Source of the DNA: an uncultured delta proteobacterium
GTDB taxonomy: Bacteria > Desulfobacterota > Binatia > Binatales > Binataceae
Direction: 5' to 3'
Length of the DNA stretch: 64,000 nucleotides
Assembly: GCA_963794325.1 (NCBI GenBank)
Contig: CAWCDG010000004.1
Coordinates: 1,472,001 to 1,536,000, forward strand
The position numbers were made by a program, and so were the translations under genes. Within the stretch, counting starts at the first letter, position 1. Each line of letters starts with the position of its first letter. This document shows positions 49,140-60,675 of this stretch, in pieces. The notes below the pieces were generated by a model. That model was not told the origin of the DNA and made no database searches. It saw only the letters and a list, made by a program, of their open reading frames with translations.

Positions 49140-50300
49140 ATGAGCGATGACAAACGACTCGAGCCCGAAGCTTTTCTCGATCTCGTGCCCCAGACTCAAC
49201 GGGGACGCCTCAAAGTCTATATTGGCGCCGCCGCCGGCGTAGGCAAGACATACCGGATGCTCGAGGAGGCGCATCAGCTCCGTGACCGGGGAGTGGATGT
49301 CGTGTTGGGCTTCGTCGAAACGCATCATCGCCGCGAGACCGAGGAGCGGATTGGCAACCTCGAGATCGTTCCGCGCAGCAAGATCAAATATCGCGACGTT
49401 GAGATCGAGGAGATGGACCTTGACGCGATCATCGCGCGCAAGCCCGACGTGGTGGTCATCGACGAGCTCGCGCATACTAACGCCCCCGGCTCGCGTCATC
49501 CAAAGCGCTACCAGGACGCCGAGGAGATCGTCGGCACCGGCATCAACGTGATCACCGCCGTCAATATCCAGCACGTCGAAAGCCTCAACGCGCTGATGCG
49601 GCGCGTCACCGGCATCGATGTGCGCGAGACGGTGCCCGATTCGTTCCTGGGGCGCGCCGATCAAATCGTCAATATCGACGTGCCGGTGGAGGCGCTGCGC
49701 GAACGGCTGCGCGAGGGCAAGATTTATCCGCGCGAGCAGATCGAAAACGCGCTCAAGAACTTTTTCAAGCCGAGCAATCTCGCGTCGCTGCGCGAACTGG
49801 CGCTGCGCGAGGTCGCACGCAGCCTCGATCGCCAGCGGCAAGTCCGCGACGAGATCAAGCTCGGCGGCGGTCACCGCACGAACGTGGTCGATCGCATCAT
49901 GGTCGGCGTCTCGTCCAACGCGTCCGACACCGGGCAGTTGCTGCGCAAGGCGTCGCGCATCGCCGGGCAGCTCAACGCCGAATGGTACGCCGTGCATATC
50001 GAGACGCCCGCCGAGTCGGTGAAAAATATCGGCACCAGCGATTTCGTCGCGCTGCTCGACAATATCAACGTGGCCAGCGACCTCGGCGCCGAAACCGTGT
50101 GGCTCAAGTCCGACGACGTGGTCAAAGCGCTGATCGATTTCGCTCACGAAAAGGGCGTGTCGAAGGTGATCGTCGGCCGGACCCATCAGCCGCGATGGCG
50201 CCGCCTGCTCAAAGGTGACGTGGTCGCGCGGCTGGTCGCCGACGCAACCGACCTCGACGTGGAAATTGTCGCGACCGACGAACGGGAGGACTCGCGATGA
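49140..50300 (+). CDS. kdpD: Stand-alone KdpD N-terminal module (KdpD plus USP domains, no TM or kinase)
   Basis: GRLKVYIGAAAGVGKTY.ML, DELAHTN, N.QH.ESLN, RL.EGKIY, LRELALR; then a USP-like domain and stop. Confidence 0.93.
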   Translation: MSDDKRLEPEAFLDLVPQTQRGRLKVYIGAAAGVGKTYRMLEEAHQLRDRGVDVVLGFVETHHRRETEERIGNLEIVPRSKIKYRDVEIEEMDLDAIIARKPDVVVIDELAHTNAPGSRHPKRYQDAEEIVGTGINVITAVNIQHVESLNALMRRVTGIDVRETVPDSFLGRADQIVNIDVPVEALRERLREGKIYPREQIENALKNFFKPSNLASLRELALREVARSLDRQRQVRDEIKLGGGHRTNVVDRIMVGVSSNASDTGQLLRKASRIAGQLNAEWYAVHIETPAESVKNIGTSDFVALLDNINVASDLGAETVWLKSDDVVKALIDFAHEKGVSKVIVGRTHQPRWRRLLKGDVVARLVADATDLDVEIVATDEREDSR

Positions 50301-52084
50301 ACGCACCTTCGTTGCAGCGCCGAATCCGCAACGGCACGTTGCTGATGCTGGCATTGGTCGTTCTGCTCGGGCTCTACACGCTGCCGCGGGTGTATCGGCT
50401 CGGCGGTGCGATCCGGCAGACGCTCTATAAGAACTACGTCAGCATCGAAGCTGCCCAGAACATGCATGCCGCGCTCAATACGCTGCAGGTGGCCGATCAC
50501 GACGGCAAAGCCAAAGACAGTCTGCCCGGCGCACGGCACGATTTTCTGCAGTGGGACGACGTCGAGAATCACAACTTTACCGAAGTCGGAGAGCCTGACC
50601 TCGCCGCCGATATCACCAGGCGCGCAAACCAACTGTTCGCCGACGTCGCGGCGGCGCCGCCCGGCAGTTATCAGGATCGCGAATTCGCCGAACTGCACGG
50701 CCGCCTCGACGATCTGATCGCGATGAACAAGGCTGCGATGTTTCGCGCGGACAGCCGCTCGGTCCAGTTGGGCAAGCATCTCGCTTACGAGTTCGCCGGC
50801 GGCCTCGTGCTAGTGCTTCTGGTAGGCGCCGCGGTGTCGTGGGGACTCGGATGGCGGCTCTCAAAGCCATTGACCGAGCTCACTGAGCGGCTGCGCGGAA
50901 TCAGCCAGCGCAAGTCACAGGTGCGGCTCGGACCCCAGCCACTTGCTGAACTGGAAGCGGTGGCTCGCGAATTCAACCAGATGGCCGAGCGGCTCGAGCA
51001 GTATGACAAGCTCAACGTCGAGCGGCTGGTCTATGAGAAGAGCAAGACCGAGGCGATCATCGAGAGCCTCGAAGACGGCGTCGTGCTGATCGACACCGAA
51101 GGAATCGTCGCGCACATAAATGAGATCGCGTCGCTGATCCTCGGCGTCGATCTCCAGGACGCACTCGGCAGCCCGTTCGACGATCTCAGCAGCAATCATC
51201 CTCACTACCTGCGGGTTCGCGATGCGTTGCGCACCTTGCAGAGGGCCGGCCCCGAAGGTCATCGCACCGAAATCGATCTTCACGTTCGCGGCCGCGAGCA
51301 CTCTTACGTGCTGAAGCCGGTGCCGCTCCATCATACGGTCGGCAAATCGCTCGGCACGCTGCTGATTCTGCAGGACGTGACCTACATCCGCGATCAGGAT
51401 CGCGCCCGCACCAACCTGGTCGCCACGCTGTCGCATGAACTCAGGACGCCGCTCACGTCGCTTGCGCTTTCGGCGGAGTTGCTGAGCCGCGAGGACGTCG
51501 ACCGCAACGCGAAGAGCGGCGAGTTGCTGCAAGTGATCCTCGAGGAATGTACGCGGATGCGTCAGCTTACCGACAACCTGCTCAACCTTGCGCGCGGCGA
51601 GGTGCCCGCGATCGCGGTCCGGCAGAAGCGGCTCGATCTGGCGCGGCTGGCGTCCGACGTCACCCGCCGGTTCGCGATCCAGGCGCGGGAAAAGCACGTC
51701 GAGATCGAGGAGCACATCGGATCGGTGCCCGAGATTATCGGTGACCCGGTCAAGCTCTCGTGGGTGATTTCGAACCTGCTGGGCAACGCGTTGCGCTACA
51801 CTCCCGCCGGCGGAACGATCAACGTCTCGGCGCGCGGCACCGATCAGGTCACGCGGCTGGAAGTTACAGACTCAGGCCCAGGCATACCCGCCGACATGAA
51901 AGATTATATTTTCGAACGCTTCGTGCAGTACGGTTCGGATGGCTTCGAGAAGGGATCGGCCGGGCTGGGTTTGTCGATCGTCAAGGAAATCGTCGAGGCC
52001 CACGGCGGCAGGATCTTCGTCGAGAACGCCAACTCACATGGTGCGCGGTTCATCGTCGAAATTCCCGCCGCGCAGGAGATTTGA
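50297..52084 (+). CDS. Sensor histidine kinase (2 TM, HAMP, PAS, HisKA, HATPase)
   Basis: SHELRTPLTS, NLLGNALRYT, DSGPGI, GLGLSIV; ATGA-coupled to kdpD. Confidence 0.93.
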   Translation: MNAPSLQRRIRNGTLLMLALVVLLGLYTLPRVYRLGGAIRQTLYKNYVSIEAAQNMHAALNTLQVADHDGKAKDSLPGARHDFLQWDDVENHNFTEVGEPDLAADITRRANQLFADVAAAPPGSYQDREFAELHGRLDDLIAMNKAAMFRADSRSVQLGKHLAYEFAGGLVLVLLVGAAVSWGLGWRLSKPLTELTERLRGISQRKSQVRLGPQPLAELEAVAREFNQMAERLEQYDKLNVERLVYEKSKTEAIIESLEDGVVLIDTEGIVAHINEIASLILGVDLQDALGSPFDDLSSNHPHYLRVRDALRTLQRAGPEGHRTEIDLHVRGREHSYVLKPVPLHHTVGKSLGTLLILQDVTYIRDQDRARTNLVATLSHELRTPLTSLALSAELLSREDVDRNAKSGELLQVILEECTRMRQLTDNLLNLARGEVPAIAVRQKRLDLARLASDVTRRFAIQAREKHVEIEEHIGSVPEIIGDPVKLSWVISNLLGNALRYTPAGGTINVSARGTDQVTRLEVTDSGPGIPADMKDYIFERFVQYGSDGFEKGSAGLGLSIVKEIVEAHGGRIFVENANSHGARFIVEIPAAQEI

Positions 52085-53418
52085 TGGCCAGGCTGCTCAT
52101 CGTTGACGACGAGCGGAATATCCGCCGCAGCCTTACGACCTTCTTCGAGTCGCTGGGCCACGAGGTTCGCGCCGCCGAGAGCGGGACGCAGGCGGTTGCG
52201 ATGCTGGCCGAGACGCAATTCGATCTCATTCTGACCGACTACAAGATGGCCGAGATGAGCGGCCTTGAATTGCTGCGCGAAATCAAGCGGCGCGCGCCCG
52301 AGTCCCTCGTGATCCTGATGACCGCTTACGCGACCGTCGAAAATGCGGTCGAAGCGATGAAGTCCGGCGCCTACGACTACGTCACCAAGCCGTTCTCGCT
52401 CGAGCAGATTCAGCACACCGTCGACAGAGCGCTGCATGTGGGGGTGCTGACCGCCGAAAATCGCGCTTTGCGCATCGCGATCGACGAGGAACCGCTGCTC
52501 GACTCGGAGAGTCCCGCGATGCAACGACTGCTCGAGACCGCCCGCCAAGCCGCGGCCAGCGACGCGACGATTCTGCTCACCGGCGAGAGCGGCACCGGCA
52601 AGAACGTGATCGCGCGGCAGATCCATCGCTGGAGCCGTCGTCAGAGCAAGCCGTTCGTCGTCGTCAATTGCACCACGCTCTCGGAAGAACTCCTCGAGAG
52701 CGAATTGTTCGGTCACATGCGCGGTGCGTTCACCGGCGCGGTCAAGGACAAGCCCGGCCGTCTCGAGGCGGCCAACGGTGGGAGCGTCTTTCTCGACGAG
52801 ATTGCCGACCTGACGCCGACCCTGCAGACCAAGTTTCTGCGCTTCCTGCAGGATCAGAACTTCGAGCGGGTCGGTGGCGAGCGCACGATTCACGTCGATG
52901 CGCGAATAATCGCGGCGTCGAATCGCGACCTCGAGTCCGAAGTCGGGGCCCATCATTTTCGCGAGGATCTCTACTATCGCCTGAACGTCATCACGTTACG
53001 CGTCCCTCCGCTGCGCGAACGCCGCGAAGATATTCTGCCGCTGGCGGAGTGGCTGCTGAACATCGCCGCCATCCGCAACTCGCATCCCGGCCTGGCATTT
53101 TCACCGGGAGCGACCGCCGCGCTGACGCGCTATCGATGGCCCGGAAACGTCCGCGAACTACGCAACGCGATCGAGCGCGGCACCGTCCTGATGCGTGGTG
53201 AGACGATCGCGCCAGACGACTTGCCCGATTCGCTGTTCCACGAAACGACCGAAGCAGCACTGGCCGGCATCCCCAACGCAGCCAGCCTCGACGAAGTAGA
53301 GCGCGAGCACATCGCGCGCGTCCTCGGCGCCAGCGCGACCCTCGAGGAAGCCGCCGAAACCCTCGGCATCAACGTAACAACCCTATGGCGCAAGCGCCGC
53401 CGCTACGGAATCGAATAG
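52084..53418 (+). CDS. Sigma54-dependent NtrC-family response regulator
   Basis: Receiver LLIVDDE, GESGTGK, ESELFGH.RGAFTGA, FREDLYYRLNV, WPGNVREL, C-terminal HTH. Confidence 0.95.
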   Translation: MARLLIVDDERNIRRSLTTFFESLGHEVRAAESGTQAVAMLAETQFDLILTDYKMAEMSGLELLREIKRRAPESLVILMTAYATVENAVEAMKSGAYDYVTKPFSLEQIQHTVDRALHVGVLTAENRALRIAIDEEPLLDSESPAMQRLLETARQAAASDATILLTGESGTGKNVIARQIHRWSRRQSKPFVVVNCTTLSEELLESELFGHMRGAFTGAVKDKPGRLEAANGGSVFLDEIADLTPTLQTKFLRFLQDQNFERVGGERTIHVDARIIAASNRDLESEVGAHHFREDLYYRLNVITLRVPPLRERREDILPLAEWLLNIAAIRNSHPGLAFSPGATAALTRYRWPGNVRELRNAIERGTVLMRGETIAPDDLPDSLFHETTEAALAGIPNAASLDEVEREHIARVLGASATLEEAAETLGINVTTLWRKRRRYGIE

Positions 53419-53457
53419 TCACTCCGACTGTCCCCTCTCCACCACGCCCCCCCCGCG

Positions 53458-53745
53458 TCCGGTTCCCCTTCCCGCTCGGGAAGGGGTTAGGGGTTAGGTT
53501 CCCATTCGCTACGCGCACCGATGAAAGCTGTACCAGCAATCTTCACGCCGTGAGCCGTGGCATTACTCGTTTGCGGCTCGACTCTCTTGATAGGACCTCG
53601 TAGGGAGCAAAGAATCACCGGCTGAAGTCGGTGCCACTTCAGACAATCGCGCCGCAATGGTCCTCCACCCTAACCCTCCTCCCACGTTGGAGGAGGGAAT
53701 CAGAAAGTCAGGCAGGGATTTTTGCGGCACAGGCTTTAGCCTGTG
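53458..53745. repeat. Cluster of REP-like repeats from three families
   Basis: CCTAACCCC type inverted (53458-53500); GTGGCAC type (53616-53637 inverted; 53724-53745); CTCC hairpin type 53641-53706 matching 1373-1438. Confidence 0.8.
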
Positions 53746-53812
53746 ATTTTTCTGGATAGGTTGTTTGGATCATTCGCAACGCCCGGCCACAGCTACGGAA
53801 TCGAATAGCTGC

Positions 53813-55021
53813 TCAGGCGATCACGCCGTACGTGCGCAGGCGTTTCAGGTCGTCTGCCGAGTAGCCGTGGGCGGCGAGGATTTCGTCGGTGTGCTCGCCT
53901 ACCAATGGCGGGCGCGTGATTTTCCCGGGCGTCGATTCCAGCTTGGCCGCCAACCCCGTCGTCAGATACTCGCCGAGTTCCGGATGCGGTAGTCGCAGTA
54001 GCATCTCGCGCGCCGCGGTCTGCGGATGCTTGAACATTTCCTCGATCGTGAGAATCGGGCCCGACGGGATTCCTTCGCGATTGAGTAATTGAATCCAATG
54101 CTCCGCGGGATGCGACGCCAGCGCGCGATTTATTTCTTCAGTCAGCGCGGCGCGATTTTTGATGCGGCGGCCGCTGCTCTTGAATCGATCGTCGCCGGCC
54201 AGTTCCGGACGGCCAATAACGCCGACGAAATTTTTCCACATCGCTTCGTTGCCGCACGCGATATTGAACGGCCGATCGGACGCTTTGAAAACGCCGTGCG
54301 GAGAAGATAGCGGATGATTGTTGCCGGCTGGTCCGGGCGTCTTGCCGGTCTCGAAATAAATTCCCGCCGACCAGGTCAGGATGCTGACGATGGATTCGAG
54401 CAGCGAGGTCTCGACCCGCTGGCCGCGGCCGTCGCGATGGCGCGCTTCGAGCGCGAGCAGGATGCCCTGCGCCGAGAAAATTCCGCCGAGCAGATCGCAT
54501 ATCGCGATGCCGACGCGGGTCGGGCCGCTCTCGACGGTGCCGGTCACACTCATCAGCCCCGACATTCCCTGCGCGATTTGGTCGAAGCCGGGGAAATCGC
54601 GCAGCGGTCCGGTCGATCCGAAGCCGGATATGGAGCAGGTGATGATGCGCGCGTTTCGCAGCGCGAGCGTTTCGTAATCGAGGCCGATCGCTTTCATCAC
54701 GCCGGGGCGGAAGTTGTCGACGACGACGTCGGCAGCGTCGATCAGTCGCATCAGGACTTCGCGGCCTTCGGGTTTTTTGATCGCGAGCCGGATACTTTTC
54801 TTCGATCGATTTGCGGACAGAAAGAAATAGCTGTCGTGCCGCTTGCCGTCTTCACTGCTGCCCAGCTCGCCGCGCGGATTTTCGACCGGCTCGATCTTGA
54901 GAATCTCCGCGCCGTAGTCGCCGAGGATTTGCGTGCAGAACGGCCCGGCAAGGTATCGCGTGAGATCGACGACTTTGATTCCCGCCAGCGGCGGCTGTTG
55001 CGTTTGCGCCATGAGCGTCAA
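53813..55021 (-). CDS. CoA-transferase family III (CaiB/BaiF)
   Basis: PLAGIKVVDL..LAGP, NRSKKS, DNFRPG, SGFG..GP....GFD.IAQ, PLVGEHT. Confidence 0.95.
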   Translation of the reverse strand: MTLMAQTQQPPLAGIKVVDLTRYLAGPFCTQILGDYGAEILKIEPVENPRGELGSSEDGKRHDSYFFLSANRSKKSIRLAIKKPEGREVLMRLIDAADVVVDNFRPGVMKAIGLDYETLALRNARIITCSISGFGSTGPLRDFPGFDQIAQGMSGLMSVTGTVESGPTRVGIAICDLLGGIFSAQGILLALEARHRDGRGQRVETSLLESIVSILTWSAGIYFETGKTPGPAGNNHPLSSPHGVFKASDRPFNIACGNEAMWKNFVGVIGRPELAGDDRFKSSGRRIKNRAALTEEINRALASHPAEHWIQLLNREGIPSGPILTIEEMFKHPQTAAREMLLRLPHPELGEYLTTGLAAKLESTPGKITRPPLVGEHTDEILAAHGYSADDLKRLRTYGVIA

Positions 55022-55083
55022 GTTACTCGGTCCGAGTGAATTCGCTCAAGCTCTCCTCAAGGTTGTGGCCCCAGCGACAATAG

Positions 55084-55173
55084 GTGAGTCATTCTTGGGA
55101 GGCGTGGGCGCGGACGCCCGCGCGTCGATGGCGGGCACGGCGGCCCGCCCCACTATAAAAGCCCCCACTATAA
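55084..55173 (+). repeat. Second copy of the 12471-12549 REP element
   Basis: 62 bp with one mismatch to 12488-12549; terminal ccccactataa is tandemly duplicated. Confidence 0.9.
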
Positions 55174-55215
55174 GACTGTAAGCTCCTACTCATGCTAGGT
55201 GCGGTCGATGCCCGG

Positions 55216-55255
55216 TTGACAACAGCAATAACTAGATGGTAGTGATTATCATCTA
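55216..55255 (+). promoter_or_regulatory. Promoter with Fur/Per box
   Basis: TTGACA at 55216; inverted repeat TAGATGGTA-gtgat-TATCATCTA containing TGGTAGTGATTATCA (7-1-7 Fur-type). Confidence 0.7.
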
Positions 55256-55259
55256 AATT

Positions 55260-58008
<2,749 letters not shown>

Positions 58009-58016
58009 TCCCAGTG

Positions 58017-58050
58017 GAGCGGCGTTTCAAATTGTTTTGAGACGCCGCTC
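58017..58050 (+). terminator. Hairpin after katG
   Basis: gagcggcgtttcaaa/tttgagacgccgctc stem; weak T-tract. Confidence 0.55.
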
Positions 58051-58173
58051 TCACGCTTTGCCCTCATGATCCGCGGATCGCGTCAGGACTCAAACTGGCG
58101 GGACGATGTTTCTTAAATCGTTTCCAACGTAGAGATCCCGAATCGACGGAATTCGAAACGCGGAAGAAGGAAA

Positions 58174-58590
58174 ATGCCAAATCTTAAAGGAACCAAAACT
58201 CATCAGAACCTGAAGGACGCGTTCGCCGGCGAGAGCCAGGCTAACCGGCGCTATCTATATTTCGCCAAGATTGCCGACGTCGAAGGGCAGCTGGAAATCG
58301 CGGGGCTGTTTCGCGACACGGCGGAAGGCGAGACCGGGCACGCGCACGGGCATCTCGATTATCTTAAGTCGGCGGGCGATCCGGTGACCGATCAGCCGAT
58401 CGGCGATTCGATGCTTAACCTCAAATCCGCGGTACATGGCGAGACCTACGAGTACACCGACATGTACCCGGGAATGGCGAAGACTGCGCGCGAAGAAGGC
58501 TTCGCGGAAATCGCCGACTGGTTCGAGACACTCGCCAAGGCGGAGAAGTCGCACGCCGGGCGTTTCGCCAAGGCGCAGACCACGCTCTAG
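58174..58590 (+). CDS. Rubrerythrin, short form without rubredoxin domain
   Basis: [40 protein letters not shown]. Confidence 0.93.
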   Translation: MPNLKGTKTHQNLKDAFAGESQANRRYLYFAKIADVEGQLEIAGLFRDTAEGETGHAHGHLDYLKSAGDPVTDQPIGDSMLNLKSAVHGETYEYTDMYPGMAKTAREEGFAEIADWFETLAKAEKSHAGRFAKAQTTL

Positions 58591-58656
58591 CAGGAGTCGC
58601 GCGAGTACCATGCGGAGCGGGTGGGCCTCCTGGCCCGCGCGCGTTTTGGGAAATTG

Positions 58657-60000
58657 ATGGCTAAGCGAATCGAGTCCAGGCCGACCGACGGCCTCTCTTA
58701 TAATTCTACCGAGGCGAAGTATTGGGACCGGGCCGGGCTCGACAAGGAGGTCGAGCGCGTCTTCGACATCTGTCACGGCTGCCGCTTGTGTTTCAATCTT
58801 TGCCCGTCGTTTCCGGCGTTGTTCGACGCGGTAGATCGCAACGACGGCGAGGTGCGAGCGATGACGGCGGCCGAGAAGGAGCGCGTCATCGACTTGTGCT
58901 ACGGATGCAAGCTCTGCGAAATCAAATGTCCGTACACGCCGCATGACGGCCACGAATTCCAGCTCGATTTTCCACGACTGATTCTTCGCGCCAAGGCGAT
59001 CAACGCTAAAGAAAATGGCGTCGGGTTGCGCGAGCGCGTGCTGGCGCATCCTGACCAGATCGGCAAGCTGGGAGCGTTGAATCCGTCACTCGCAAACATG
59101 ATGTGCCGGCAGAAGTTTCAGCGGGTGGTGATGGAGAAGATGCTGGGGATTCATCGCGACAAGCTGTTGCCCGAATTTCCCGCCGAGACTTTCGACCAGT
59201 GGCTCAAGCGCAACCCACTGCCCCCGATTCCGGCTGAACCAACTGCCAAGGTCGCAGTTTTTCCGACCTGCTTCATCAATTACTACAATCCCGGGCCGGG
59301 CAAGGCAGCGGTCGAAGTGTTTGCCAAAAACGGATGCGCGGTGAAATGTCCGAAGCAGAATTGTTGCGGGATGCCGGCGCTCGACAGCGGCGACGTCGAG
59401 TTCGCGCGCAAGGAAGCGCGGGCGAACGTCGATTCGATGCTGCCGCTGGTGCGCCAGGGTTACAAAATCGCCGCGATCAATCCGACCTGTTCGCTCATGA
59501 TGCGGCTGGAGTATCCGAACCTGCTCCTAGGCAGCGACGTCAAGGAATTCGCGGCCGCCATCGTCGATTCGCACGAGTTGCTCGATCAACTTCGCCGCGC
59601 CGGAAAGTTCAACACGGAATTTCAATCGACCCCCGGCACTATCGCTTATCACGTGCCGTGTCATCTGAAGGCACAGGACATCGGGCTGCGCTCGCGCGAG
59701 CTGATGCGCCAGATTCCGGGCGTCCAGGTGACGACCGTCGATGCATGCACGGCGCATGACGGGACGTGGGCGATGAAAAAGGAATTCTTTGAGCTCTCGA
59801 TGAAGTCGGGCGAGAGGGCGTTCAGCGGGATGCGTGATGTGGGCGCGCGCGTGATGGCGACGGACTGTCCGCTGGCCGCCGTGCAAATCGAGCAGGCGAC
59901 GGGGGTGCGTCCGCTGCATCCGATCGAAGTGATCGCGCGCTCTTACCAGCGGGGCGGTTTTCCGGACGCGGTACCTCCGACCGTGCCACAAGGAGAATGA
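58657..60000 (+). CDS. Rubrerythrin-associated Fe-S oxidoreductase (GlpC/Hdr-like CCG domains)
   Basis: CHGCRLCFNLCPSF, CYGCKLC..KCPY, CCGMP, YHVPCH, TDCPLA. Confidence 0.9.
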   Translation: MAKRIESRPTDGLSYNSTEAKYWDRAGLDKEVERVFDICHGCRLCFNLCPSFPALFDAVDRNDGEVRAMTAAEKERVIDLCYGCKLCEIKCPYTPHDGHEFQLDFPRLILRAKAINAKENGVGLRERVLAHPDQIGKLGALNPSLANMMCRQKFQRVVMEKMLGIHRDKLLPEFPAETFDQWLKRNPLPPIPAEPTAKVAVFPTCFINYYNPGPGKAAVEVFAKNGCAVKCPKQNCCGMPALDSGDVEFARKEARANVDSMLPLVRQGYKIAAINPTCSLMMRLEYPNLLLGSDVKEFAAAIVDSHELLDQLRRAGKFNTEFQSTPGTIAYHVPCHLKAQDIGLRSRELMRQIPGVQVTTVDACTAHDGTWAMKKEFFELSMKSGERAFSGMRDVGARVMATDCPLAAVQIEQATGVRPLHPIEVIARSYQRGGFPDAVPPTVPQGE

Positions 60001-60584
60001 CGATGAAGAAAATCGCGCCCGACGAAATACTTGCGCTGACCGATTACGAACGCGTGCGCGACCGGCTGCGGCCGTTGTTCATTCATGAGAAGGAGCGCCG
60101 CCGCCTGCATGTCGGGTCGCATCTCACGTTTATTTTCGAGAATCCGCAGACTGCGTGGTACCAGATCGAAGAAATGATCAGGACTGAAAAAATGACGGAT
60201 GGCGCCGCGATTCAGCACGAAATCGACACATACAACGAGTTGATCCCCGCCGAGGGCGAGCTGGCTGCGACGCTGTTGATCGAATACGCCGATCCGCGCG
60301 AGCGCGCCGCCGCGTTGACTCGCCTGGTTGGGCTCGAGCGGCATCTGTGGCTCAAGCTCGGTGAAAAAAGAATCGCGGCGAGATTAGACGATCGTCAGAT
60401 GTCTGATGAGAGAATCAGCGCGGTGCAGTTTGTCAGATTCAGCCTCGAGGGCGTCGATGCGACGCGGCTGATCGAACTCGCCAGCAAGGGCGAGCTGGCG
60501 GTCGAGGCGGATCATCCCAGCCTTGCGGCGCGCGGCGAGATAGCCGGCCTGCTCGCATCGTCGCTGGCCGAGGATCTGGGTTAG
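59997..60584 (+). CDS. DUF3501 family protein
   Basis: T..FEN..T..YQIEEM.R.E, YNELIP..GEL.ATL.IE, SAVQF.RF; usual position after the Fe-S oxidoreductase. Confidence 0.88.
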   Translation: MTMKKIAPDEILALTDYERVRDRLRPLFIHEKERRRLHVGSHLTFIFENPQTAWYQIEEMIRTEKMTDGAAIQHEIDTYNELIPAEGELAATLLIEYADPRERAAALTRLVGLERHLWLKLGEKRIAARLDDRQMSDERISAVQFVRFSLEGVDATRLIELASKGELAVEADHPSLAARGEIAGLLASSLAEDLG

Positions 60585-60613
60585 CGGCGGCGCGAGTCAG
60601 GGGGCCCGAAACA

Positions 60614-60649
60614 CGAACGCCGAATCCGGAATTCCGGATTCGGCGTTCG
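60614..60649. terminator. 36 bp perfect palindrome between convergent genes
   Basis: cgaacgccgaatccggaattccggattcggcgttcg is self-complementary. Confidence 0.7.
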
Positions 60650-60675
60650 CAGTTTTACAGTCTCGCGAGAGTCAG

